Below are positions 16,913 to 31,844 of a stretch of 64,000 nt of DNA, piece by piece (positions within the stretch are counted from its first letter, which is position 1; each line of letters starts with the position of its first letter). Both the position numbers and the translations under genes were made by a program. The notes beneath the pieces are model-generated. The model was not told the DNA's origin. It searched no databases and saw nothing but the letters and a program-made list of their open reading frames with translations. This DNA is from the human T2T-CHM13v2.0 reference genome, Homo sapiens, in the NCBI RefSeq assembly GCF_009914755.1, contig NC_060942.1, one strand, 5' to 3'.

Positions 16913-17948
16913 CTGAAGAGGAAAAAACACTACAGAGGATGTGGGAACTGAATTTCTTTATGTAGTTTCTTCTAGAGCAACTGTCTGAAAGTTTTGGCCC
17001 AATCCTTTATGAAGTCTGGAGATGAGACACTTGAAGGACTAGTGAAAAACAAAATTCAAATGAAAAGGTAGAGTGAGACATCTAAAAGGGGAATACGAGA
17101 GCAAAAGATAACCGTCGTAGGTAAATCAGTGTTTCTAATCCTTAGGTGGACTCAGGTGGGAGGAGGCAGAGAAAGGAGAGAAAAAAAAACGCACAGATGT
17201 TTCTCCCTCCACTCCCTCACCCCAATTGCTACTAAAAATTCATGAACTACCTAGGCTTTTTGACCACAATTAGGGAGTGAATAAGTAAGGTTACGTGGAA
17301 GGTTTCAGCATTTTGTCCAGTCTCCCTCCCCGGGCTATATGGCATTAACAGGCAGCAGGGAGGCCTTTCAGGTAATGCTTTTTTTCTAAGAAAAGATTCT
17401 GGTGGAATACAGCTTGAAGCAATAAAGAAAGAGAAAAATAAATTGAATTGGTACAAAAATGGAAGTCACAGGACAATATACCATATTGACAAAGTTTATC
17501 TAATTCTGTTTTTCAAAAGGGGTGGGACAGATTTCACAAAACAAGAAATCAGAATAAAAAGTAGTTTTAGCTTCCAAATAATACAAAATATTTTTAAACT
17601 AAGCAACACAAACTACATGCTTCATTCTTCTATGAAATATTATCCTTGGAAAGATAATCTTTAAAAAACTAAGATTAGCAGAACCAAGTCTGATGTATAT
17701 TACCACACGAAAAGCATAAAAATTTAGTCCATATTATGAATTAGATTCATTATTAACTTCTTAAATTTTTTCTTAAAAATATTTTACCTAAATTTTGCAT
17801 ACTTCAGCATTCATGTAATAGCCTAGGACATAAAATAATTTTCTTTCCAAATATACTCCATTTTAACCAGAATTTATTTGAATTATTTCTGGTAAAAATA
17901 CCAGCATTTTTCTGAAAAATAAGATTGGAGAACGAATTAGATCCTTAC

Positions 17949-18086
17949 CTGACGTGGCTGTTCATTCATTCGTTGTGGGTCTGATTTCACTTTATTACTA
18001 GGATGATTTGTGACTTTGGTTACCGGTTGTTTGAAAATTGATGCTGTTTGTCTAATTGGCAATGTTGTATTCAAGTCTGGTTTACC
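17949..18086 (-). CDS. MBD2: MBD2 coding exon 3 (aa 235-280, disordered region)
   Basis: Acceptor attcacag|GGT. Reads GKPDLNTTLPIRQTASIFKQPVTKVTNHPSNKVKSDPQRMNEQPRQ. Donor CAG|GTAAGG; 138 nt. Confidence 0.97.
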
Positions 18087-18262
18087 CTGTGAATATAAAT
18101 GTATTTTTATTTAAAATATTATATATAAACACAATCAGATGACTTCCTACTAATTCAATATCTATTACTTTAAATCAAATTATTCCAAACTTCTCAGTCT
18201 ATCGCAGCATTTTAAATACTCTAGGGTACATGTTAAGCACCTAATAAGTGAAACATGTATGA

Positions 18263-18596
<334 letters not shown>

Positions 18597-18724
18597 AGCT
18601 TTTTGTATACTTTTAAGTGTAAGAAAATTCTCTACATAAATTTCCTATCTGATCAGCAAGGCACTAATGACTTTTAAATGAACAAATATGTTTAAGATTG
18701 GTTTATCCAAAAAAAGAACTTGGG

Positions 18725-19023
18725 GTTTTGCTTGTTTGTTTAGGGGCAGGGTCTCACTCTGTTGCCCAGACTGGAGCTCAGTGGCATGATCATGGCTCAC
18801 GGCAGCCTTGACCTCCTGGGCTCAAGCAATCCTCCGACCTCAGCCTCCCGAGTAGCTGGGACTATAGGCAGTGCCACCAGCAGGCTAAGTTTTTGTATTT
18901 TTTTTGTAGAGATGGGGTCTCCCTACATTACCAGGCTGGTCTCAAACTCCTGGACTCTAGCAATCTGCAGGCCTCAGCCTCCCAAAGTGCTGGGATTACA
19001 GGTGTGAGCCTCCACACCTGGCC
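18725..19023 (-). mobile_element. AluJ-like
   Basis: Diverged reverse Alu. Confidence 0.9.
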
Positions 19024-19272
19024 AAGAACTTTAAGGATACCAATCAGGATAGCAATCATTTCTACATTCTGAGAATGGAGGAAAATATTGGCATACTTGG
19101 CATTAAAATATAAACAACCTGATCAGCAATTAGGAGGCCAGACTTACATAAAACCACATAAATTAACCTCTTTTATATAAAAACAAATATGTACAAATGG
19201 TAGTTCTAATTCCAGCAAACAGAACTCAATTTAGAAAAATGTGATAAGGAAGTGTTCCTTATTTTTAATATA

Positions 19273-19854
19273 CAGTAGGTCTTTGAATAATGTCGTTTTG
19301 TTCAATGTCATTTTGTTATAACGATGAGAAAAAAAAATCCATTCCCAGCCTAAGCCCATCTGTGTGAATTTGGCATGTTCTCCCCAGGTCTGTTTGGGTT
19401 TTCTCTGTGTACTCCTGTTTCCTCCCACATCCCAGTGATAAGTGCACTTTAGGTTCAGTGGAGCATCCACATGGTCCCAGCCTGAGTGAGCGTGAGTGCG
19501 ACCTGTGATGGGATGGGGTGCTGTCCAGGGTGGGGTCCCGCCTGGCACCCTGAGTTGCTGGGAGAGGCTCTGGCCACCCACGACCCTGAACTGGAATCAG
19601 TGGGTGAATAATAATCTTGTTTATATTAATCTTTCTTAAATGTGTGGAGAGCTCACGTTAATTTCAGTGTTTATCATTAGAAGTGTTTTGGTCTTTATTT
19701 AGAAGTTTGGGATGTTTTGTGACCAGAAATATGCCACAGGAACTTAATTTTTGTTTACATCAATTAGCCTAGAGTAAATATGTTTCATTATACATCATAT
19801 GGCTAAAAGTCAGTTTCCAAGAACCTATCAACAACATTAAGTGAGGACTTACTG
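19273..19854. mobile_element. MER6/MER6A-like TcMar-Tigger element
   Basis: Ends ta|cagtaggtctt and aggacttactg are imperfect TIRs; internal tgtgtgaatttggcatgttctcccc...gggttttctc...tttcctcccacatccc motif characteristic of MER6. Confidence 0.78.
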
Positions 19855-20213
19855 AATATTATATTTAATACTTTTAAAGGAGACTTAACACTGAAGCTTC
19901 GTAAAGCCATATAACTTATTTACCTAGTTTTAATCAATCAATCAATAAAATCTACGATGTGTTCCAGTGAGGTCAAAATGTGGCACAGAATTGCTATTAA
20001 GTTCATTTGCAATACTCTTAACAAACAAGAAAGAAAAGGGAGAAAACACAATTATCGTGTTTTCTCAGATTCTGGCAAAAAGGATGAAGTAACATATACC
20101 TGAAAACAAAATACGTCTGATATATTTTTGATATTTACAGGATATTTGATGAACTTTTATCTTTACTACTACCCCCACATATAAATTGTAATCTCAACTT
20201 CCATGCTCCAGAA

Positions 20214-20402
20214 CAGGGGTTCTCAAGCCTGAGCATGCATCAGAATCACCCAGAGGGCTTGTTAAAACACAGGTGACTGAGTCTCACCCCTGGCACTGGG
20301 CATTCAGCAGGTCTGAGATAGGGCCTAGGAATTTGCATTTCTATTAAGGTCTCAGGTGATATTGATGCTGCTAATCCTGGGACCACACCTGGAGAAACAC
20401 AG
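20214..20402 (+). mobile_element. MER5A hAT-Charlie MITE
   Basis: caggggttctcaa...gcatcagaatcacc...atttgcatttct...ggtgatattgatgctgct...gggaccacac. Confidence 0.85.
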
Positions 20403-21273
20403 CTCTAAAACAAAGATTGCAATTTGATGGCAGGTGGATCAAGCCTAACCCAGAGATGAGTGTTCATTTTTTAGTGCCTTTAATGAATTAAGTCAGCACC
20501 TAAAAATCTAGAGTCTTCATATAAAATCCAGAATTCTAGCTTCTCTTAAAAACTGAAAGATCTAGAAATACTGGACTTGGTTTGGCAACAATAGGCTGTG
20601 ACTGATTAGAAATGGCTGTCCAGTAGTGGCCTCAGGGTCTCCTGTTGCAACATTCCTCAACAAGTCACATTTGCATTACCTGTCTGGGCCCTGCAGGCAC
20701 TGAGTTTGTGACCTCTACTTAAAGAACATTAGCATGCCTAGAAATGTAAGCCTCACAATAATCTGACAATTATTACAATTACAGTATTCTTTAGATCCAA
20801 TATTAAATGTGTCCTCACCTCTACACCTCTCCACACAACACAGCCCTCCTGTTTGTATTGGGCAATCCTGTCATTCCTTTATCTCATTTTTTTCCCCCAA
20901 TGTCTCTGCTTACCTTTAAAAGATATGCTCATCTCAAATGACTAACAGTATTATTTCTCAGGTATTTAGCTTTATCTTTATGGATTTTCAAAAAATATAT
21001 AAAATGTGCAAATTTGGCTGACAAGCTGCAAAGTAACCACTTAGGTTGCTAACTCTACGAAGTGTGAGGCTCAGGAGTACGCATTTTAAATGCTCTCCTG
21101 GTCATTCTGTGATGCAAAGAAAGTTTGAACACCTCTGATTTATGACATCTCGACCATTTGGAGGCCCTAAGTGAAGTCACCCAACCTGTTAACAACAGTA
21201 GACAATATTCAATCCTTAAGCAGCTTCACACATAAATGCTTACAGGGAACTTCTTGTCACTAATTAGGTATAA

Positions 21274-21605
<332 letters not shown>

Positions 21606-23151
21606 TTTGTTCTTAATAAAGAATGATATACTCTGCTGGTATTAGAACAAAGGTGGCATCATGTGTCTACTTCAGTAGACACACAGAAGTATTTGCAACC
21701 GTCTGCATGAGTAAACATATTCAAACCTGTGAGATTCTCATTGTTACCAAGGATGACTGGAGGCAACTACTCTAAACTGTTTCAAACTATGAATCCTGAA
21801 TCCATGAAGACTGGAAGGAAGCATGGAACAGGTCAAACTATTGATGCTACACTGGTAAGATGGACGTTCTTCCATTCACTTATGTTTCTGTGCAATAAAA
21901 AAAAATTAAAAGAAAAGCCTGGCTAAAATATTTAAGATATACAACTAACTTCCATTGTCTAATGAGACAGTTCATTCCCTACTGGCACAGAATGAGACAT
22001 TATTCAAAATGTGCTGCATTATTCTTCACTCAATCTTATTTTGGTTTTTAGTATTTTTTCTCCTTTTAACTGGCCTAGAAGCTCTGACGACAGAATGTCT
22101 TTAATTTATTATTCTAAAACAGTATCACATGAAGCTGAGCAATCTGTAAAGCTGGACTAACTAGTTTTCCCAGGAACTGTCAAAGAAACAGTCAATTCTA
22201 TTACCTCTACCCTGAGGACTGCCTTGAGTCACTATTAATTTATGCCCAGTTGTGTGTCTGAGTTTTTCTACAGTTTAGTTTAGAATCTAAAGGACCAATC
22301 TACCATCACCGTCGGAGTTAAAAGCCAGACACTTTTTTATGGGACAAGATTAAAGCTGTTTATGTATATGCAATCTTCTTATATCTTCAATATAAGAAAA
22401 AGTGAAGCAGAAATTCTTTGTTACAAAATTAAACTGGCAAACACATTCTAATATCAGAACTAAGTTTCCAACCTTTGACAAAACTATGTACAGACTAGCC
22501 CTCAAATCAAAATTTAATACATTTTATAATAATGTGTATATTAGGCTGAAAGTATTTTTCTTGAGGATCTATTTTATCCCCTAGTTGCAGGGAGGAACAT
22601 AAAAATAAATCTTTCTTATTTTTAAAAATTTTACTTCCTCTCTTTCCAGTAAGTATCTGAGATATATCTTTTGTACACTCCCAAAGGACAAAATACACAA
22701 AAATTAATTTTTAAAAACAGAAAATCAAGAACAAGGAAAAAAACAGATATCCTTTGGAAAAGATCAATAGTGATACTAGAGCTAAGCATCAAATGTGGAT
22801 CTGAATTTTCAAGGGGCCTGGGCAAAGAGAGAAACATTCAATTACACAGATACCATGGTCAGAAAGGAGGACGCATACCAAGTAATGAGGAAAACAAAAA
22901 ATGTCCAGGTATTAAATCTAGAAGAAAATCGATAAAGACACTAAACTTCAAAACAAATATTAAGCAGATTTCAAATGCTCTTTCTTTTTTCAGTGACTTT
23001 CCATGAAAACCAAGAACATAAGACTTAAAGGACAACTCAGTAAAGGTGAGTCTGAAAGGGCCTAATTATTGTGTAACCTTCCAATGATCTCACATGATTA
23101 AGGATACAAGAGAATAACTAAAGAGGCAGATGAAGAACATGTATCATAAGC

Positions 23152-24274
23152 CAGTGGCTGTCAAATATTTTTGTATTTCTACCCCTTATGAGAAATTTGA
23201 AAATATATATACCCCACCTGCATTTTAAAGTCAGCAAGAATATTTCATATTTTAATGTAATCAGTTGCAAAGGATGCACTTACCAGAATTTAAATGCTAA
23301 TATTTAATAATAAACTGTTAAATCTAACAGAATCTAAATGCACCCACCATTACCTACATTACCTATTTATATACGAACAAACTCTTCAATGGTTATAAAT
23401 TTTCATTCCCTTTACTCTTTGAATAATTCCATTTCCAAACTTATTTCTTATTTTAAACCTGATAATCTTTCACTGATCATGAAATTATTTCACTTTCTGT
23501 GACCATAAAGCTCTTAGTGATAAAACAACAAATTTCTTCTGGTTTATTATAATTATTAGTATATATGTGACCAAAATAAAGTATTACAATTTTTAGTACC
23601 TAAATTACATATATAGAAGTTGTGTGTGTGTGTATATATATATATATGTAGCTTAATGAAAAAAATTTTTTAAATAATTTTATGTTCTCAAGTGTGTATT
23701 ACTAATTGCTAGAATGGGACAAGGTATAGCATCAATTCTATTCCTAGTCTTCCTTTTTCATAGATGTAGCACTGAGAAATGTTGTTCACATTAATGAGTA
23801 GATAGAATGAATTTTATTCCACGCCATTCAAATTCTCTGAACTCCTTTTGAGTTATATGATAGAATGTAACAGTGAACCATCAAAAAAATTTAACAATCA
23901 GTCAACATCTACATAAAGTCCTCTAAATTTTGTTGAAAGCAAGTAATTGTACTTGTGGAAAGAACTGACTGTGCCTGAGTCATTCGTGTTCTCAATCCAG
24001 TATCTCATAGTGTCCCTTTATGATATCAAACATTTTGTACCATGGTAATATTGCATACAAGTGAGAAGTATGCTGTTCTGTAAAATGGGAGGTTGACTAT
24101 AAAGGAGAATTACAGAAAAAATAATGTGTACTTCTATCACAGGTTACATTCTCAGATCAGCTGAAGGAAAGAGTGTATATGGAATTTAAAGATATCGAAA
24201 TGGATTCCTTTAAAACCATCCATGTCTATGAATATCATGTAAAGCCTCCACACAGCATAGTTTGAGCACCAGGG
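23152..24274. mobile_element. Possible old hAT-Charlie DNA transposon remnant
   Basis: Begins cagtggctgtcaaa and ends agtttgagcaccaggg (Charlie-like termini); AT-rich interior with a (TG)n(TA)n run at ~23622-23647. Confidence 0.35.
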
Positions 24275-26229
24275 ACTTACGCTATACTATATTGTAAATA
24301 CCACTTTTTTTCAGTATGGCTTTGAAATAAAGTGATATGACAGTTCAAATTGTACATATTCTAGGGTCCAAGCCTAGTAGACTCATTTTATCTTTAAAAT
24401 TCACACAAATTTTGCACGTTACCTTAAACATTAGTCATGTTTAAGGTAAAAATGTTGCTCTACCTACCCAAAATGTTCAAATAAAACTGACAATTCCAAG
24501 TATTATTCAAGCGTCATTTTAATTCTGTGGTTTTTGCATACACCGCACACTCCCCAAAAGATACTCCAATTTGAGAAGCAGAGACTATATCTCTAAGGTC
24601 AGTTTCCTCATCTGTAAATGAGAATAATAATAGCTATTGGATAAAATTCTTATAAAAATCAAACGAGATAATGCATGTTATGCTGCTGCTGCTGCTACAA
24701 ATGCAGCTTTCATTCAGTTGATCATTGAACAAAACTGAGTGCCTACTATGTGGCAGGCACTAACTGGACCATCCATATATAGTCATAAAAAAAAAGAAAA
24801 AAACCAGCGCTTAGTAAAACAAGTTTAGAGTTTATAGTCATGTTGGTACAAATTCTAAATAAATAGCAGTTATTTATTTAACCTAAACAGGTTATTGAAC
24901 ATGCTATTAAAATTTAGAAATTTAACCTGTTAAGTTTTCCCAGAAATAAAGCTATCCCCTGGTTCAAACAAAGGTGTGCCTGAGTGATACCTTTAGGTCA
25001 AATCAAGGCTATTCTCAAAAAGTAATTGGAGATTTGCTCCAGAATATATACGGTAGTCCATAGTGAATGTCTTTCCACAAAATCAAATGCCAACAATGGA
25101 AAGTGCCTTACAATTCTTCGTAAGTTTTTAATTAATATAATTCACATACCACAAAACTCATCATTTTAAAATATATAATTCAGTGGTTTCTAGTATATTC
25201 ACTAATTTGTGCAACTTCATAGGTTTTTACAAAAAGTAAAGAAAAAATTATCTGGTACCCATGATGTCTATGCAGAAAATCCACTTAGTCTAATATTCTA
25301 TATGGGTAACAAGATTTTTTAAAGGAGATTAATGGCATATTAAAATATTAATAGGATGGATGGAGTATACTTTGAGCTCATTAAAAAGGACTACACCTGT
25401 TCACAGAAGAATGATTACAATTCATCAATGAAAACACGTTTTGAAGAGTTCTGCTTGAAAAATAACTTACTGGAGCTTTAGTTAATGTAACGGACATCAC
25501 CAAAGATGCCAGAGTTTCAGCCAGATATCCTAGAACAGTCCTACTCAAACTCAGACAGTTATTCTATGGCGTTAATCATCTCCTTTACTTCTCAGTTGGC
25601 ATTAGCTATGTACACATCCTTGGGAGAACTATGGAAATAGTGACACAAATGGTTTTCTGTAGGGCTTAATTCTATTGCTGACCTGGAGTCTGCAAGTTAG
25701 GTTAACTCTTCAGGACCTATAAAAGTTCTGTTAACACCTGGGCATACCAAACAAATCTTGTTAAAGCCATATCATGGACAACTCTGTCTCCGAATCTCCC
25801 TTCATGATTATCACTATAGCCAAGTCCAGACCCTCTCAGAAAGTTCTATCACGCTTAGACACATTTGAAGCACTAGTTTATAATATAATACAGCTAGTAT
25901 CATACTGAACAAATCATTCTCATCAGCAAGCCTATTTGCTAACATGGCTAACATTCTTCTGTCACTCTGCTTCCTAGCAATCGCTATCCAATCAATAGCT
26001 ACATGACTCAAATTAGCCAAAAAGATGGAACAGTACTATTATTAATAGCTAATAACCTGATTATCTTCATTAGCTAAAGAATATCAGCTAAATATCCTTT
26101 ATGTATTCACTTATTAAAAATATTTCTGTATACGAGAAAATTAGAAGCTCTTTGAACAAGAGAACATGAACTCGTTCTACTGTCTTTTGCTACATCTTTC
26201 CCTTTCTTCCTTTATTCATTCATTAAACC

Positions 26230-26880
26230 AGCACTGTCCAAGTCATCATCATCCCCACCTGGACAAATACAACAGCTTCCTAACTGGCCTCCGACTTCCA
26301 CTTCTGTGTCTCTACATTTTCCACACACAGTCAAAGCAGTCGTATTTCCCCCTATGTAAAACCCTCAGACAGCATTCTATACTATTCCTTATGCTGGCTG
26401 GCACAGCCCTATTACCAGGCTTGCCTACTTAAACCTCACCTAGTACTACTCCTCCACTCCCTAAGCTCCAGCCAACCTGGCCTTTTTGTCTTCACATGAT
26501 GAGTGCATCCTTCCTTAGGGAATTTACACTGGCTACTGCCTCTACAAGGAAAGCTTCTCCTTCTGGTTTTGTATAGCACCTCAAATGTTGAATATTTAAA
26601 ATTGATTTTATTTACTCACATAAATTATTTCCCTAAAGTGACCTCAGTAAATGGCACCTCTATCTACCCACTTAATCTAAAAACCAAGAACTCACCCTTT
26701 AGTACTCTTTTTGTGTTATGCTCTACACACGACTCATCAGCAAAACCAGTCAATCCTATTTTCAAGAGATTTAGAATCTGTCCACTTCTATCTCCACGGG
26801 CACGCGTCTAGATCATCATTATCATCATCAAAATCATCATCATCATACTACAACAGCTACTTGCTCCTCACTTCTACTTT
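26230..26880 (+). mobile_element. L2 fragments
   Basis: acaacagcttcctaactggcctcc...aagctccagccaacctggcctt...atggcacctctatctaccca. Confidence 0.55.
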
Positions 26881-27507
26881 TGATTTCAGTATCAAATTAA
26901 TAGAAACCTGTACTCAACAGTGGCCCACACTTATCCCTTGGAGGGACTTTAGGGCCTAGAAATGCTAGACTTATCACCTACGACCTATTCGTTCCCCTTC
27001 CCTGTCCCCAACTTTATCTACAGAGACCAGACAACACTCAGTTGAGCAAGACTTTAATAACTGACAAAAAGGGTATCAGTATCTTTGGCAACAATTTTAC
27101 TTTCTCCATAGGTCAGGAATGTTGGTGGAATAAATGAAGTCTTTGTTTTCAGTTTGGATGGAGGAATCCTACGAAGGTAGAAGCCAAGAGGCAGTTCTTA
27201 CCACACTATGCCCTACCAGGAGCTGGTCATCAGAATGGTCCTACCACAGGGCTCTGATGGTGGTGAACTGACCATGAAGTACCTCAGGCAGAAATAAGTC
27301 AACCCAGTAAGGCATTACTTCATTAACTGAAAAATCCATAGTCAAACAAATGCCTAATCTGAGCTGCAGCAAGTGACCTGGCTCTTCACCTACTCCCTCA
27401 CATCTTCTGCCAAGCTCCTTCTCCTGCTTTTAAAAAAGTGGTTATTTTTCAGTTATAGATTCCATTGAGAATTTGAGGAAAATAAGCTCTTGGAGAAATG
27501 TACACAA

Positions 27508-27792
27508 GGCTGGATGCTGTGGCTCACGCCTGTAATCCTAGCACTTTGGAAGCCAAGGCAGGTGGATCGCTTGAACCCAGGAGTTTGAGACCAGCCTAGG
27601 TAACATGGCAAAACCCTGTCACTACAAAAAATACAAAACGTTAGCCAGGAGTGGTGGCCTGCACCTGTAGTCCCAGCTACTCAGGAGGCTGAGATGGGAG
27701 GATCACCTGAGCCCAGGTCAAGGCTGCGTGAACTGTGATTGCACCACTGCACTTCCCCCTGGGTGAGAAAGTGAGACCGTCTCAACAATAAA
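27508..27792 (+). mobile_element. AluJ-like with TSD
   Basis: aaatgtacaca on both flanks. Confidence 0.92.
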
Positions 27793-29751
27793 ATGTACAC
27801 ACACAAAAATTGCACACAATTCAAAGGTTCCTGGAGGTCTTTCTGAGGCATGGTCGCCCAGATTAGAAACCTCCCTGCCTACTGGTTCCTTCCAAGCTGA
27901 CCTCTTTAAATCTTTAAAGGAAAAATAACCATAATGTTCTTTGATCATGCATTCTCTTCTGAATATTGTCTTCTCTCTTCTTCTCATTCAAGCTTCTTAA
28001 GAGTAGGCCAACCATTTGTGAGGAAAGGGGTAAAAAATGCATGTATGTGTACATGTTTGTAAATGCATATAAGCTCTAGACAAACATACAAAAAGCCTCA
28101 TTAACAAGTTTCCTCTAAAGAGGATTGGGACTAAGAGACAGGAGAGAGGGAGACATTTTTCACTGAATATCCTTTTCATTATGGGCCCAAATTACTTAAC
28201 CAAATAATAATAAAATTTTAAAACATTTGAAAGAACAGGCACATTGTGTTTCTAGTCTCTCATTTCCCAGAAACTTTCTGGAATTCTAAATAGGACTTAT
28301 CCTTTCTATCCATTGAAACTGGTAAAGTCACCAGTTGCTTCATAATTTAGAAATCCAATGGCTAGACAAAGTCTTTATCCTCCCTGATCTCTAACAAAAA
28401 TCTTGTTTTCCAGGTTGTTGTAACACCACATTCTCTTGATTCTCCTATTTATTTTCTGGAAGGTCCTCTTACTCTCCACAAGATTCATTTATTCATTTAA
28501 TTCATGGACCTACAGAGTGACAAGATACACTTCATTTGTCCTTATTTTGGGCATTATCAATGACAAAAACACTATGAAAGGAGTTCTCAAAGTGTGACCT
28601 GAGAATTCCTGGGGGTCCCCAAGATCATTTTGGAAGTCCAAGAAACAAAACTATTTTAACTCGATCTTCCTCACTCCACCCCCAAAACTTGCCCTTATTC
28701 CCCTATTCCCTGACTCCTCTGCCCCAAGTGACCAAAGCCAGGGTTATTGCAGCATCCATTCTCTTTGTGTAACCATCAGGTACTTACATCTAATTTCTCG
28801 AGTCTCACCTTTCCATACTTCCTGCACAGAATTCATTCAGGCCATCTTTATTTTTCTAGACTACAAGAGCCCAACTATTCTCCCTACTTCTAGTTTCATC
28901 CCTTCCCAAATCCAGTCTCCATACTGTGCCCCACTCTATATACCCAAATCTGATTCTTATCATCACTACTAAGTTTCTCAAACTACACAGAAATTGCCAC
29001 CAAGATAGGTAAGCTCTCCACAAAATTTTTTATTATTGTTGATAATTAAAACAAGTACTTTCTAGATCATGTGACTGAGAACCTAGTATACAGCCATATA
29101 CCAATCCAAGTGTGTATTTATACTCACAAAAACATACTACCACCTTAAACCAAGATCATTCATGAGAAATAAATAATGGCAGACTTAACACACAACTGAT
29201 TCCATTCAAGAAAATATGATGTTCTTTATTTTCAAATGTATCCAATTTGGGTGAATAGAGAAATGTGACGAAAGAATTGAGCCTTTCCAAGATACCAGTA
29301 GTATTGTCAAGCAAAACTAAAAAATAATTTGTTCCATACCATATTCATATTGTAAGCAATTTGTAGAATATGTCATATGTCACATTAAATTAATGTTAGG
29401 GAACTTGAATTTTATTAGTTTTGTAGATTTAATTTATAAAACATTTGATGTTAAGACTAGAAACACAAATTCAGTATGTTTATACATCTAAAACACTAAA
29501 ATAAACTTCTAGTGACAAACCAAGCTGCATGAAGTCCCCTAAAACATATCTTGCACTTAGAATCACTGTACTCTTCTTTATCCAATCCTAGAGTGTCTCC
29601 AATTCAATTTTAGTATCATCTTGCCTCTCCTCCCAGTTCCCTGCTAAAAATGTTGACAGTCACATCTGTGAAACCCTGCAACACCACCTCTTTGAAAAAT
29701 CAAACATAAATCCCTAAACAATATTTAGCTTTTGAAGCAAAGGTTTGGTTT

Positions 29752-29801
29752 TTATTTGCATATTGAGGCGCAAAGCTTATTTGCATATTGAGAGGCAAAG
29801 C
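29752..29801. repeat. Tandem duplication, 2 x 25 bp, each copy containing the octamer ATTTGCAT
   Basis: ttatttgcatattgaggcgcaaagc / ttatttgcatattgagaggcaaagc (23/25 identical). Confidence 0.9.
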
Positions 29802-29803
29802 TC

Positions 29804-30272
<469 letters not shown>

Positions 30273-30655
30273 CTGTAACTTTTTCCCTTTAAGGTCTGAG
30301 AAACCTGCTCATGACTTCAAATATAAACTGTGCTGATGACTTCCAAATCTTTCTCTAGTCTTTTTCCATTAACCTAATGGAATATCTTCAGTAACCTTCT
30401 TGATATTTCAACGTCAGTTGAAGAGATGGAGGTGGTGGTTGGAAATAATTATGGCAGTCAAGAAAATCAATAAGGTATAATGTAATCAAGAATGGAATCG
30501 ATTTTCAGGGTAAGGTTAAGATTGAGTTTGAGATATCTGAAATAGGTACTGCAAAAATAGTAGTAGAGATTAAAAATGATGCCCACTTCACCCTACCCAC
30601 CCATCCTAAAATAATTAAAAACCACTGTGCAGAGTTCTTAAAAAGATATCTTTCT

Positions 30656-30966
<311 letters not shown>

Positions 30967-31044
30967 TCACACCTAAAGATATTATTCATCACCAGTAATT
31001 CACCTCTGATATGGAAAACATGTTAAAATCATAGCTTGTAATTA

Positions 31045-31420
<376 letters not shown>

Positions 31421-31769
31421 CACAATAATGTACTGAAGCCAGATTCACAACCACAAAGCAAAACATTACCTCAGATTTCTATTAATTACTTTAAAGCTCT
31501 TAGCTTTCTTTACACTGTACCATCATAAAAAAGACATAATATAGTTATTACTTAACTAGCCACAAATATATTTTCTGCTTTATAGAACTATCTAATATGT
31601 TGCTGGTGTTACTTTCCAAGAGAACTTATTTTTTAAAATGCAAAACTCCACTTTCTGACCATTTAAATAAAATCAGATGCAAAAAAAGACCATGCCTCCA
31701 AAAATTAAGGCAGAAAGCTTCAGAAAACAATGAAAATGAAAGGTATTTCCAAAATAATGTACGGTATAA

Positions 31770-31794
31770 TTTATTTATTTAATAAACATTTATT
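31770..31794 (-). terminator. Polyadenylation signal cluster for the MBD2c terminal exon
   Basis: Three minus-strand AATAAA hexamers (plus TTTATT at 31770, 31774, 31789) about 180-200 nt after the stop codon. Confidence 0.65.
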
Positions 31795-31844
31795 ACCACT
31801 ATACACTTCTAGAATGAGGTGGATGGTAAATCAAATAAACATAA

